64,000 nucleotides of DNA, from the NCBI GenBank assembly GCA_951406725.2, contig OX597815.1, positions 7,006,001 to 7,070,000 of the forward strand. Direction: 5' to 3'. This document shows, piece by piece, positions 1-13,296 of the stretch; the first letter of the stretch is position 1, and each line of letters begins with the position of its first letter. The notes under the pieces are model-generated. The model saw only the letters and a program-made list of their open reading frames with translations. It made no database searches and was not told where the DNA came from. Position numbers and translations under genes: made by a program. The DNA is from Octopus vulgaris (Eukaryota).

Positions 1-447
1 ACCTGACAGGCTCCCATTCTGGTGAGTCACAAAAAGTGCCATTCAAGCATGGTCAATGCCAGTGCTGCTTGACTGGCTGCCATACTGGTGGCATGTAAAA
101 AGCACCAATCATGCATGGTCAATGCCAGTGCCACCTGACTGGCTCCTGTGACGGTGACATGTAAAGGACACCATTTGACCGTGATCGATGCCAGAGCTGC
201 CTGACTAGCTCCTGTGCTTGTGGCACATAAAAAGCACCATTCAAGCATGGTTGATGCCAGTGCCGCCTGACTGGCTCCCATGCTGGTGGCGTGTAAAAGC
301 ACCCACTACACTCTCGGAGTGGTTGGCATTAGGAAGGGCATCCAGTTGTAGAAACCTTACCAGATCAGACTGGAGCCTGGTGCAGCCCTCAGTCAAACCA
401 TCCAACCCATGCCAGCATCGAAAACGGACGTTAAACAATGATGATGA
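1..447 (+). mobile_element. 3' UTR/tail fragment of an RTE-clade LINE (short internal tandem subrepeats, (GAT)n tail)
   Basis: Matches the 3' end of the RT-bearing copy at 48322-50632 (aaaagcacccactacactc...aggaagggcatccag...ggacgttaaac...gatgatgat). Confidence 0.85.
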
Positions 448-699
448 TCGTCGTCGTTTCATCATCGACTTTTCCATGCTTGCATGAGTCGGGCAAGGGT
501 TTTACTGAAGCAGGTTCTCTCTGCTCAGGTGTGCCTCCTGTTACCAACCCTCACCTGTTTCCAGTCCAAGGCATATTTCCCCCTTTGCCAGACGTGTCTT
601 CACACAACATTGCAAGCGAATGTCTCTGCTTGTATAACAGTGACACTCATTTACATCAATCACAAAGAGATGTAAATACACACACACACACACTCGTTT

Positions 700-1776
700 T
701 ATTATCTTCTTGTTTCAGTCATCAGACTGTGGCCATGCTGGGGCTCTGCCTTGAAGAATTTTACTCACTCAAATTAACCCCAGTGCTTATTTTTTGAAGC
801 TTTGGTATTTATTCTATCAGTCACTTTCGCTGAACTGCCAATTTACAGGGATGTAAACACACCAACACTGGTTATCAAGTGATGGTAGAGGACAAACGAA
901 GACACACACACACACACGCATATGGTGCGGTGAATATATTGTCTAAATTACGCAAAAATGCAAATAAAAGTGACCTCTCATATTAACAGATATATTTACC
1001 AAAATTACATAAAAATATCTTGAAATTCTAAAGAGTAAATTAATTCAATAAAATCGCCATTGGCTTCAACCATGGTCTCCAGACGACTTTGGAATCTGCA
1101 ACTCTTCTGGATGGTCATGTTTAAATTGGTGAATTCTACCATAATCCTTGGCTTCAGTTCATCTTTGGTGTTACAAGGAGTTTTGTTGGTCTCTCACTCA
1201 ACTGTACCCCACACATAATAATCAAGGGGATTACAGTCTGGGGAGTTAGGTGGCCAGGTGTTAGGGGTGGTATGATTGCAGAAATTGTCTGACAGCCATG
1301 ACTGGGTTCTCCTGCTTGTGTGGCATGGTGCAGAGTCCTATTGCCAGACAGGGTCTTCCAACAGCCACCTTGTTGACCCAGGACAGCACTACCTCCTCAA
1401 AGCACTTGATGTAGGCGTCTGTGTTGAGTCTGAGGCTGTGTGGTAAGATAAATGGCGGCATAACATCGCCATCACTAGTGATCATTCCAAACACCATGAT
1501 GCTGACTGGGTGTTTAATTTTTATCACTCTTGGTACATGTCCTCAGATTGACACCAAAATATTCTGAAATGTTTGTATTGGAGTTTCCAGCATGAATGCC
1601 AAGTAGTAGAGCATGTTTCCAAATTTCTGGCGGAGTGAATTGCATTATGGTGCTGCTTTTCTCACAGACGGTGCCCAACTGACCCTACTGTACTGTGTAG
1701 TCAACAAAATCAAAAACAAACAATGAACATGTGCAAAATTAAAGATATAAAATGGCAACAATTTACCCATCGCACC

Positions 1777-1825
<49 letters not shown>

Positions 1826-1960
1826 AAGATCTTTCAGTTTCCATCTACCAAATCCACTCACAAGACTTTGGTCAACCTGGGGCTACAGTTGAAGACACTT
1901 GCCTAAGGTGTCACACAGTGGGACTGAACCTGGAATCATGTGATTGATGAGCAAACTTGC
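700..1960 (-). mobile_element. SINE family B, interrupted at its internal microsatellite by a mariner element
   Basis: Segments 700-918 and ~1782-1960 are diverged reverse complements of the SINE at e.g. 26742-27145. Confidence 0.75.
919..1781 (-). mobile_element. Degenerate Tc1/mariner transposon, DD37D (maT-like), internally deleted
   Basis: Minus-strand translation gives KHPVSIMVFGMITSDG...PPF, then VWQ*DSAPCH...WPPNSPDCNPLDYYVWG, with 37 residues between the last two Asp. Imperfect TIRs are catatggtgcggtgaatatattgt and the reverse complement cagagggtgcgatgggtaaattgt. Confidence 0.85.
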
Positions 1961-2139
1961 TAGTCAATAAACACCGAGTTCATAGTCCTGCTGTTAACAG
2001 TGACCTCATGGTTAGGTGTCGGTGTGATGATTGTAAATTCGAGGTTTCAATTCCCAGATCGGGCAGCACGTTGTATTTTAGAGCAAATCACTTCATTTCA
2101 CATTCCAGTCAGCTCAAAATGAGTATCCGCAACTGTTAA

Positions 2140-2697
2140 GCGTTGGGTGAAATGCGTACCCGTATTTCGTCTGCCCTTACATTCTGAGTTCAAATTCCGC
2201 CGAGGTCGACTTTGCCTTTCATCCTTTCGGGGTCGATAAATTAAGTACCAGTTACGCACTGGGGTCGATGTAATCGACTTAATCCGTTTGTCTGTCCTTG
2301 TTTGTCCCCTTTGTGTTAAGCCCCTTGTGGATAGTAAAGAAATAGGTATTTCGTCTGCCGTTACGTTTTGAGTTCAAATTCCGCCGAGGTCGACTTTGCC
2401 TTTCATCTTTTCGGGGTCGATTAAATAAGTACCAGTTACGCACTGGGGTCGATATAATTGACTTAATCCATTTGTCTGTCCTTGTTTAGCCCCTTGTGGG
2501 TAGTAAAGAAATAGGTATTTCGTCTGCCGTTATGTTTTGAGTTCAAATTCCACCGAGGTCGACTTTGCCTTTCATCCTTTCGGGGTCGATAAATTAAGTA
2601 CCAGTTACGCACTGGGGTCAATGTAATTGACTTAATCCGTTTGTCTGTCCTTGTTTGTCCACTCTATGTTTAGCCCCTTGTGGGTAGTAAAGAAATA
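2140..2697 (+). mobile_element. SINE family C (tRNA-like head, Meta-like central domain), 3 tandem ~180-bp units
   Basis: Repeated unit gtatttcgtctgcc...gttcaaattccgccgaggtcgactttgcctttcatcctttcggggtcgataaattaagtaccag...agtaaagaaata. Confidence 0.9.
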
Positions 2698-2875
2698 TAT
2701 TTTACAACGGACTGACATCCAATTCAGTACCTGTGTGTTCACGCGCGTGTGAGTGTGCGTGTAAGGGAAAATATTGGACTCACTGTAGTTTACACGCCAG
2801 GGAAACCTGCCTAAGTTCTTGTCAAAGGAGCCTGTAGTCACGTGACAGACCCATTTACGCTGTTAACTGTACATA

Positions 2876-3280
2876 TGTAGCGTGGTTCGAGTGATATCCT
2901 CTCTGTTTGAAAGATATATTAGAAATGATCTCGTATTAGATAGCAACCATCTTCGGCTATTTGGACCCTGTTGTGTCCACTGCTCTGATTGGTTGGCATT
3001 GGTGTAGTTTGTCTCTTGACTTATTTCGCGCCAGTGTGTGAACCAATCAATCAGAACCTTCCAATAAGATCACGTGACACAGTTTTTTTATATTTTCTTC
3101 TGGAGCCTCTGGCAGGTTATAAAAAGGTCCCAGCATTCACGATATCTCTGTCTTAGGCTCTAATCCTTCTAAGGACTAACCTCTGACCAAAGAGCGACTC
3201 AGTCAGTTCTAGCGACAGACAACTTGCAGCAACTCTGGGCCGTTCTCCACCGTCGCCATCACCAGCGTCGACTTGTGTGG
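2876..3280 (+). mobile_element. Partial LTR, related to the solo LTR at 19853-21298
   Basis: Starts TGTAGCG and aligns with the reverse complement of ~20860-21298. Contains CCAAT motifs and a TATAAAA at ~3118. Confidence 0.7.
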
Positions 3281-3426
3281 ATGGATTGCCTTATCGTAAT
3301 TTTGCTTTCGTTAGAACTGCGCTGAGTTGGGGTGGGGAAGGGAGGGTAACACTATAGAAGCATTCTTTCTCGCTCTTATCTTTACTACACTTTCTATCTC
3401 GCTTCCATACAAATTCTCTTTCTCTC

Positions 3427-3492
<66 letters not shown>

Positions 3493-3638
3493 ACAGCTTA
3501 CACTTTCTCTCTACCACTCTCTCACACTTTGTTTCATAAACCCATTGTCTCTTTCATACACACAAACACACTTTCATTATCTCTATCTCTTTCCTACTGA
3601 CATACACGGTCAATTCCCACTTCACACTGTCTGTCTGG

Positions 3639-3679
<41 letters not shown>

Positions 3680-4417
3680 ACTTTCCTTGGGGGTGGGGAA
3701 CCTCTTGGCCTTTGCAGCCCTGTAGTGGGGACTCTTGGAAGATGTTTAGATTGTCCGTATATTAAGTTCTTCTTTAATGCCGCCTTATTGGATTCTATTT
3801 TAAATTCCATCATGAAACAGTTCCCGCCGTTTCTCCGTTCCATCACCCACTCTCCCTCTATCACGACGACTACCACTACTACTTTGACGACCACCACCAT
3901 CGCCGCCGCCACCACCACCTCCTTCATCACCACCACTCCCTGACCTTCTCAAATCCTTTGTTTACGCCGAGGGTTCGTGTTGTGGTTAAGAAACGTGTTG
4001 GAACACATATTTGGGAAGTGAGGTGGTGGTGGTGGTTGTAGTTGCTTAACCCCAGGTAAGCTCTAAATCAGCAGACCTATAATAAAAGGCATCTCTTTTC
4101 CCCTGTCTGACAGGGACCAAGGATCGCACCCAGAGTGTCTTTTTCTAAGATAGTAGGGTATGATTTAAAGGAGACTGGCTGCTATTTCTAGTAGGTGGAG
4201 CAGTCCTGTAGAGCAGGGATTCTCAACCTTTTTTAAATTTTTATCTATGGACCCCTTTGATTGCTATTTTATTCTGGTGGACCCCCATAGCCATTCGAGG
4301 TTTAAAAACGAGTTTAATAGAAACTTCTTTCAAAATTCCTTCTGTATGTTTGTGTTAGAGAAAGAAATTTAGCTGTTTCTTGCAACACGTACCAATACAT
4401 ACATCTAAAGCAAAATT

Positions 4418-5853
4418 GGATCTTTTTCGTTTGGCTACCAAAGTCAATTTCTGTTTGAATTGATTTCACATTCAGTATAATGATACACTTTTATAGGTTA
4501 ATCAATGCCATGAAAATCATTTTCGCCATAAATTAATAAAGAGTTACTAGCAATTAAAGTTTGAAAATTTCGGGTAATTTTAGTCAATCGTAAGCTACAG
4601 ATACATTCATGCCTGTTTCCATAGTAACAAGCCAAACATGAGAACCCCTTTGTCTGCGGGAAAGCACGCGTTGACAAATATTTTGAAACCACTTTTTGAT
4701 GCTGTATTATACTGTTTTACCCACCTAAGGAAGTATGTGCAGAAGACCTGCATATGCCCAGGGTCCTACCTGAGCAGTGCTTTTTCGGAGGACAGGTTTT
4801 TCTTTATGCGGTGCCATGTCGGAATCGTGACACACTGGAAGAATGCATACGTCACTCGATTCTTCCAGGAACCTCAATTTCCAGCGATTTGTGGAGTGCG
4901 TACTCTTACATTCCTGAAATTGATAGGTACAGTTTTGAGCATAGAACCGTGAACCACAGCGTTGGTTTTGTTAACTCAAAAGATGGTACCCACACTCAAC
5001 AAGTGGAGAGTACAAGGACCTCTGGAAAGCGAGTTAATAAACGACGCTGTGGCACTCGCTGTTCTATGGTACATTCATATCTCTGAATTTATGTGGCGCA
5101 GGAGATATAAAAATTGTGATTTGTTCGAGAAATTGCTTGAATGCATTTCTTACTTTCGTTTTCAATGAACTGTCAACAAAATGCTTGTTTTTTTTTATAT
5201 TTAATTTGTAATGTGCTATATTGTTCTTAAACAAATCTCTTAAGTTCGTGCTATAAGTCTCTTATTTTGAGAAATATTTCATTTGTAATGTGCTGTTTCT
5301 CGCGTTAAAAATAACAGCTAAATAATGTTTTGCGATAAATTTTTAAGCACAACACACGCAGACTCAAAAACAAACACTACTTTTCACTGGCACAGCGTGA
5401 ACAACAGTGCTTTCTCTCCCTAGCGTGAAGCTTCCTATCTCGGACACAGAGCATGTACACAACAGCCAAACACCGCGTCGCTGAAACTGTGAAGCGCATA
5501 GTAAATAATGTTTTGCGATAAATCTTTTAAGTTCCTGTTATCGCATTAAATGCATATTGAATGCTTAAAACTACAAAACACATGTTGTGTACTCATTTTC
5601 TGCGTATAAAATACAAATATTGGCAACAAGTGCTATTTTCAGGATGTTGATGAAATGTGCAGCTTTCAAATCCTGTTTCCTGACTGGATGAAGATGATGA
5701 AATTTTAAACCTCTATAACAAAAATTTAAAAAAGCAATTCTGGAAAAAGTAAAGTAACTCCAACAATTCAGCTTGGAAAAGTACATTAATGCACCAAATT
5801 TTAAAATTTTCGATAAAAGTTTTGAAATCTTGCCAGACAAACAGAAAAGATCT
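4418..5853 (+). mobile_element. Merlin (IS1016/IS1595-like) DNA transposon, internally deleted
   Basis: TIRs ggatctttttcgtttgg / caaacagaaaagatct. The 8-bp TSD is gcaaaatt (4410-4417) / gcaaaact (5854-5861). A transposase remnant lies inside. Confidence 0.9.
4730..5168 (+). pseudogene. ISXO2/IS1595-family (Merlin) DDE transposase C-terminal fragment, frameshifted
   Basis: EQCFFGG...RNRDTLEECIRHSILPGTSISSDLWSAY...HRTVNHSVGFV...GTHTQQVES...HSYL, then a frameshift to EFMWRRRY. These match the SDxWxAY, HxTVNHS, HTQxIES and YLxEFMWRR motifs. Confidence 0.9.
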
Positions 5854-6324
5854 GCAAAACTTTTCAGGGCCCCTAAAATACTATTGTGGACCCCCAATTT
5901 ACTATGATGTTGCTTGGACCCCCAAAAATTTTATATGGATCCTCAGGGATGATATGGACCCTGGTTGAGAACTCCTTCCAGGGGACGATAGCAATGTAGT
6001 GATGGCAGTGATAATTTGGTGATGGTGGAGGTTTCAAGTGGATGTTGTAGTGGTATGAGGTGGTCGTTGTTTTAGTCGTAGGACTGATCGAGCCAACCTA
6101 TGATCAACGGCAATTCAGCCATGACCAGCCCATCTTATATTCAGACTGTTTCGAAGACTATGTTAGCCAATGTATCCTTCCTGTTGGGTGCAATTCGAGA
6201 AAGATTTAACTGCTATTTCTAGCGGACTATTTGACTGCTACGAGACCCCCACCTATTTCTTATCTATTGTATTCATGATTATGAAGGGGAAAAAATGAGA
6301 TTAAAGTTTCGTATAAATATGGTC

Positions 6325-6433
6325 TTACATACGTGTGTACATACATGCTTACACGCATGTATATATATATATATGTGTGTGTGTGTATATATATATGTAT
6401 ATATATATGTGTATATATATATGTATATCTATC

Positions 6434-6469
<36 letters not shown>

Positions 6470-8451
6470 AATATATACATATATCAATGCACACACATGG
6501 ATACATACAGTAATGTATACTTCTTGCCTCTATGTATACACATGGAGGCAAGAAGGATATATATGTATGTACACATGGACACACATTTCACTTAACATGT
6601 ATGTGTACGTGAGAGGAGGAAACGTGCGTAAGTTACACGCACAGACACACAGAGATATAATGCAATAGTTTGTCTGTAATAACTGAAGAAGAAAAGAGCC
6701 GAGTAGAGGATTAGAGTTCTATTAGAAAGAATACCTTGGCCAAGTAGTCTCAGATACACCACCTGTAAATACAAGTTGAATTCGAATGAAATTTAGATAA
6801 TCCCGACCTCATTAAATACCTCCTTGGCTGGGGTTAAATGTCACCACAGAAAGCTGTATCTTAGCAACATTTTGACACAGCCGCACGTAGTTAGCCCTCT
6901 TAACTAACCTTGACACGGCGCAACACTGTATCTTCAAGTACGCCTCACACACCCGTTCTTCATGACTATAAATTAAAACAAATCAGCAAACTCGAATTTA
7001 CAATTAAATAGATCCCTCCATAACACTTCCTACTCTATCTCAGCTGCTTGAATATTCAATGAGAATGCAGGCCTATACGTGATCGCCAGAACAGCCAAAT
7101 CTACCTTCAAATTGCACAGTACCGTCGTAACTGTTCGCCTGTCCTGTGTATTACATATATATAAAGGGAGTAGAAGAAAAGTGTCAATGGCGTGGACTTG
7201 TTTAAGGTGGACCTCAAATTGCCTAGAAGTGACCTACACACTTGGTTTCGTGACCCCTCCTCTCAGGCACATATAGAGTGAGACGTGCAGGATCCAGTAT
7301 TGAAACTGCAACGGATGCCGCTGACCCGGTCAGAGTTCTAAGTGACGCCTTCTGTAGCATGTCCGTCATGCGTAGCCTTCTTCATCCGCTGGTTTCAAGA
7401 GTTGAGATCTGTGGTAGTCCTTATCCGCTTGTTCCAGCGTTGGTGTCTTTGGGAGTTGGTCACGCTTAGACTGGGTCCTCATCTTCGACCTTGCCGCCAA
7501 GGGTGGCTCGACCATGAGTTTAGAACTTCTGATGACATCGCTCTCGTAGTCATTAATTCACGCAAGCCCCTCCACTACGACAACGAGCAGCCATTGCATA
7601 TGATACACAAGATTTATTTCCCTGGTGTCCATGCATCATAAACGATACATACTCTCTCCTTTTTTCTTTCATCAACCACCAGCATGACCTGGGACTTATG
7701 AAAGGAAAGCTTAATGTAACTCAGAACGTATGAAACAAGGGCTAGATGAAAAATTTGAAAACAAGCATCGATATTTTTGGCAACCATAGGAAAATGCTTT
7801 GGAAAGGCAAAGGGTTTAAACAAGAACAAGACAACGTTTTCTAATCGTTTCATCCTCGAGGAAGCCTTAAAATACATTCCATGCAGTGACGGCTCGTGTA
7901 CAGGTACAGCGGAACTGCAGCAACCCTTATTTCCACTCGATATCTTCGATAACATTCAATATAATGAGTCCTTTTTTCTTTAATTCTTTCTATATATTTG
8001 TACATTATATAATCCTTAAGCTTAACGTCAGTAGCTATTCCCTAGTTTATGAAGAAAATACAGAAATCCTTGTATAGAACTGTCCGCTTCACAGTTTCAG
8101 CGACGCGGTGTTTGCCTGTTGTGAACATGCTCTATGTCCGAGATAGGAAGCTTCACGCTAGGGAGAGAGAGCACTGTTGTTCACGCAGTGCCGGTGAAAG
8201 GTAGTGTTTGTTTTTTAGTCCGCGTGTGTTGTGCTTAAAAACGTGTTTATATTCTTGAAGGTGATGAATAGATTATTATCCTGCTTCCAGCTTCAGTGTT
8301 GCTGCCAGTATTTGAAAAATAGGGCAGATCTTCCCCACATATTTTGTGATTTAGGGGAGAATTTTGAAAAACAATGGGGGAATTCGCGGCGGTGTTCAGT
8401 AAACAAATTAAACACACTACCCCGTAGATGCTAAAACGCGAACTGATCAAG
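6325..8451 (+). repeat. Left arm of a ~2.1-kb inverted repeat pair (possible Helitron-like non-autonomous element with captured fragments)
   Basis: Colinear reverse complement of 16331-18445, with paired ORF translations nearly identical (7079..7276 vs 17492..17689). It is followed immediately by a Helitron-like head. Confidence 0.9.
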
Positions 8452-9155
8452 TCAATATCTATAAAGCTGAAATGCGAAAAAGTTGTTTGTCTTATTTTCG
8501 GACGGGAACGGTTAAGGGGCGGTAGATGGGGTCGGATTTGCGCCAAAATTTACAGGGACATGTAAAAATAGGCGAGGAAGCAACTGGACTAGGTTAGAAA
8601 CCCCCATCTCAAAAGCTGTGGTTACTAGGGCAACAAAACCCAAACTAGACAAGTGTTTGTCGTTTCTCACTTTTGGATATCACCCTGTCTTCCTCGATCT
8701 CTCTCTTTCCTTCCTTCCCCCTACTTTCTCTCTATAACGACGTTTGATACCTTCCACTCTCATTCCCTCTCCGCCTTCGCTGTCTCTCTGTCACTCTTTC
8801 TCCCATCACCGCCTCTCTCACTGTACGTCTATTTGTATCTATAGAGAGAAAGCGTTGACAGCCGCAAAAGTTTAAATATTCCTGCCACAGGTCTCTTAGA
8901 ACGGTGAATTATTATCGCCCACCACCACCACCGCACAATCCCAACAGGTATTATTAATCAGATACATTGTGTTAATTTATATATATATGTATATATATGT
9001 GTGTATATAAATATATATATAATGTGTACACATATATATGTGTGTATATATATAATCATCAATATCAATAAAGCTGAAATGCGAAAAAGTTGTTTGATTT
9101 CTTGGTTATTTGTCTCATTTTGGGATGGGAACGGTTTAATGGCGGTAGATGGGGG
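8451..9155 (+). mobile_element. Helitron/HINE-like 5' heads (two: ~8451 and ~9058)
   Basis: Duplicated tcaatatc(t/a)ataaagctgaaatgcgaaaaagttgtttg...gggaacgg, resembling the TC-TATA-AAGCTG starts of non-autonomous Helitrons. Confidence 0.45.
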
Positions 9156-9223
9156 TCTTCATTTCCACACACGCCAGCTGAATTCAATTCGACCCCAGTC
9201 GAAAGACACCCGTTATTATGTCC

Positions 9224-9269
<46 letters not shown>

Positions 9270-9316
9270 GTATTTTGTATTTATATTCGTGTTTTTCCGT
9301 CCTTGTTTTCGTACAA

Positions 9317-9457
9317 ATTCGATGCTTTCTTCCAAGGAATCTAATGCTCTTAGCTTACTTTTTCCTTGGGGCTGGCCAGATTGGAGCAATCTCAAGATTA
9401 ATCAGCCGAAATTGCGAGGATGATCCGGTTCTTGACTGAGGATAAAAGGCTTCGAAT
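9317..9457 (+). ncRNA. Candidate non-circularly permuted (pseudoknotted) hammerhead ribozyme
   Basis: AUC site 9389-9391, GAAA 9408-9411, CUGAGGA 9436-9442. Stem I tcaaga/tcttga, stem III gcaa/ttgc, plus ggctg/cagcc, attcga/tcgaat and hairpin ccaaggaa/ttccttgg. Confidence 0.7.
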
Positions 9458-9625
9458 GACCTGTCCTTGTTTTCTTAGTATCGTCTATCTGGATGTTTTG
9501 TTGTCCCTTTTTGTATCACCTAGTTGTCCGGATGTTTCGCGTTCTTGTCCCATTTTGTAATTTATATATATATATATCACCTGTCTTCGTCTTTTGTTTT
9601 TTTTTCGTAAACTCTCCCTATATAT

Positions 9626-9685
<60 letters not shown>

Positions 9686-9798
9686 TATATATATATACAC
9701 AGAGGGAGAGAGAGAGAGAAAGAGAAAGATGTGTGTACATGTATATACAAAAAGTTTCAGGTAAGCAGATTGGCAAAAATAAATATGTGTATCTATAT

Positions 9799-9965
9799 AT
9801 GCATGCATGTATGTATGTATGTATGTATGTATGTATGTATGTATGTATGTATGTATGTATGTATACGTGTATGTATGTATGTATGTATGTATGTATGTAT
9901 GTATACGTGTATGTATGTATGTATGTATGTATGTATGTATGTATGTATGTTTGTATGTGTGTATG

Positions 9966-9999
<34 letters not shown>

Positions 10000-10101
10000 T
10001 GTATGTATACGTGTATGTATGTATGTATGTATGTATACGTGTATGTATGTATGTATGTATGTATGTATGTATACGTATATGTATGTATACGTGTATGTAT
10101 G

Positions 10102-10135
<34 letters not shown>

Positions 10136-10996
10136 TGTATGTATGTATGTATGTTTGTATGTATGTATGTATGTATGTTTGTATGTATGTATGTATGTAT
10201 GTATGTATACGTGTATGTATGTATACGTGTATGTATGTATGTATGTATGTATGTATGTATGTTTGTATGTATGTATGTATGTTTGTATGTATGTATGTAT
10301 ATATGTATGTATGTTTGTATGTATGTATGTATGTATGTATGTATGTATGTATGTATGTATGTATGTATGTATACGTGTATGTATGTATGTATGTATGTAT
10401 GTATGTATGTATGTATGTATGTATGTATGTATGTATGTATGTATGTATGTATGTATGTATGTATGTATGTATGTATGTATGTATGTATGTATGTATGTAT
10501 GTATGTATACGTGTATGTATGTATGTATGTATGTATGTATGTATGTATGTTTGTATGTATGTATGTATGTATGTTTGTATGTATGTATGTATGTATGTAT
10601 GAATGTATGTATGTATGTATGTAGTATGTATGTATGTATGTATACATGTATGTATGTATGTATGTATACGTGTATGTATGTATACGTGTATGTATGTTTG
10701 TATGTATGTATGTATGTATGTATGTATGCATGTATGTATGCATGTATGTATGTATGTATGTTTGTATGTATGTATGTATGTATGTATGTATGTATACGTG
10801 TATGTATGTATGTATGTATGTATGTATGTATGTTTGTATGTATGTATGTTTGTATGTATGTATGTATGTATGTATGTATGAATGTATGTATGTATGTATA
10901 CGTGTATGTATGTATGTATGTATGTATGTATGTATGTATGTATGTATACGTGTATGTATACGTGTATGTATGTATGTATGTATGTATGTATGTATG

Positions 10997-11028
<32 letters not shown>

Positions 11029-11735
11029 TGTATGTATGTATGTATGTATGTATGTATGTATGTATGTATGTATGTATGTATGTATGTATGTATGTATGTA
11101 TGTATGTATGTATGTATGTATGTATGTATGTATGTATGTATGTATGTATGTATGTATGTATGTATGTATGTATGTATGTATGTATGTATGTATGTATACG
11201 TGTATGTATACGTGTATGTATGTATGTATGTATGTATGTATGTATGTTTGTATGTATGTATGTATGTATGTATGTATGTATACGTGTATGTATACGTGTA
11301 TGTATGTATGTATGTATGTATGTATGTATGTTTGTATGTATGTATGTATGTTTGTATGTATGTATGTATGTATGTTTGTATGTATGTATGTATGTATGTA
11401 TGTATGTATGTATGTATGTATGTATACGTGTATGTATACGTGTATGTATGTATGTATGTATGTATGTATGTATGTATGTATGTATACGTGTATGTATACG
11501 TGTATGTATGTATGTATGTATGTATGTATGTATGTATACGTGTATGTATGTATGTATGTATCTATGTATGTATGTATGTATACGTGTATGTATGTATGTA
11601 TGTATGTGTGTATGTATGTATGTAAGTATGTATGTATGTATGTATGTATGTATGTATACGTGTATGTATGTATGCATGCATGTATGTATGTATGTATGTA
11701 TGTATGTATGTATGTATGTATGTATGTACATGCAT
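9799..11735. repeat. (TATG)n microsatellite, ~1.9 kb, with recurring TACGTG and TTTG variants
   Basis: Seen directly. It explains the long YVCM/HTYI ORFs. Confidence 0.98.
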
Positions 11736-12182
11736 ATAAAGATCGATTGATGAACAGGTGTCCCAGTGCACTCCGGTGTCCTTCTTAACAATGTTAATAT
11801 ATATTGTCTTCAGTATCATCAATTCATCCTGCTTCTAAAGTATACCTTCTCCCTTTCTGTCACAACAGGTTAATGAATTCTGATTTATAGCAGGTACAAT
11901 GATAGATAAAATTACATAGACACACATACACACACGCAGGCACTCACACACACACACACTCACCTAATATAAAACTTTGGCTTATTGCCAGTTTGAACCT
12001 GGTAACAAATGTTTATTGTTACCTGATTACTTGACAACCGTTAAAGAACGGTTGCTTTGGTAAAATGTCACATTGAATTAAAGTATTCTATTAAAGCAAC
12101 ATCAAAGAACATTTTATTATATAAGTGGATATGTAATTACATTAATTGTGGAAATTAATTATCGATTTTAAAATAGGACACA

Positions 12183-12865
12183 AAGGCGGCGAGTTGGCCG
12201 AAGCGTCAGCACGCTGGGCCAAATACTAAGCGGCCCTCAAAACTCCCTCATCTTTACGCTTTGCGTTCAAATTCTGGCATGGTCGTCTTCATCTTTTATC
12301 GTTCCGGTGTCGATAAAATAAGCACCTGTAGAGTACTGGGGTCGATGTAGTCGACTTAACCTCTCACCCCAAATTACTGACCTTCTCCCAAGATTTGTAA
12401 TGAATATTAAAATAAGACATTTATGCCAGAGAGCTAGTAGAATCGTTAGCGCGCCGGGCGAAATGTTTAACAGTATTTTGTCTGCCTTTACGTTCTGAGT
12501 TCAAACTCCGCCGAGGTCGACTTTGCTATTCATCCTTTCGGGGTCGATGAAATGAGTACCAGTTACGCACTGGTGTTGGTATAATCGACTGCCCACCCCC
12601 TCCCAATTTTCAAGGTCTTGTTCCTGGAGTAGAAATAATTATTATGAAGGCGGCGAGCTGGTAGAATCGTTAGCACGCCGGGCGAAATGTTTAAGCGGTA
12701 TTTCGTCTACCGCAAAGTTCTGAGTTTAAGTTCCGCCGGGGTCGGCTTTACCTTTCATCCTTTTGGAGTCGATAAAATAGGTACCAGTTAAACACTGGGG
12801 TCCAAGCAATCGACATACTCCCTCTCACGAATTTGCTGGCTTTGTGCCAAAATTTGAAATCAATA
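12183..12865 (+). mobile_element. Cluster of three diverged SINE family C copies
   Basis: Heads aaggcggcgagctgg / gagctagtagaatcgttagc at ~12183, ~12428 and ~12647, each followed by the Meta-like domain. Confidence 0.8.
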
Positions 12866-13099
12866 ATAAAATAAGACAATGTAAACTTGTTTCTATGGAT
12901 GTTTATGAGTTTGGTGAAGAATATTTTGGACGAAATATAATCAACATGGATGCTATTTTTTTATTTAAAAAAAAGGTAAGATAATATCCCAGCTTTTTTC
13001 AGAAGGCTGATTGTTCTACCCTATCCAGGGTATAGCAAGATCAAAAGCCATAAATTTCAGTTGATTGTTGAAGTTAATTAATTAAGGCGGTCGTGTATA

Positions 13100-13296
13100 C
13101 AGTAATCCCTCACCACATCGCGGTTCACCTATCGCGCACTCAGTTTTCTGACGAATATATGTAAATTTATATCGCGGACTCCTCAGTATATCGCGGGTTT
13201 CTACGGTCGGTTGGTATTTATATTTTTTTTTTAGATTTGAATTATTTCTGTGGGAGCTTTTGGAAAGTAACACCCGCGATAGTCGAGGGATTACTG
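13100..13296. mobile_element. Tc1/mariner-pogo type MITE
   Basis: TIRs cagtaatccctc / gagggattactg, with TA on both sides. Confidence 0.85.

Larger units (their letters stand above)
4214..5977. mobile_element. hAT-like MITE that hosts a nested Merlin element
   Basis: TIRs cagggattctcaacc / ggttgagaactcctt. Its body is the reverse complement of 53653-54240, which has an 8-bp nTCTAGAn TSD. Confidence 0.8.

Noticed and set aside
9493-11791. Long ORFs (up to 721 aa) of YVCM/HTYI repeats
   Set aside because: They are stop-free translations of the (TATG)n microsatellite.
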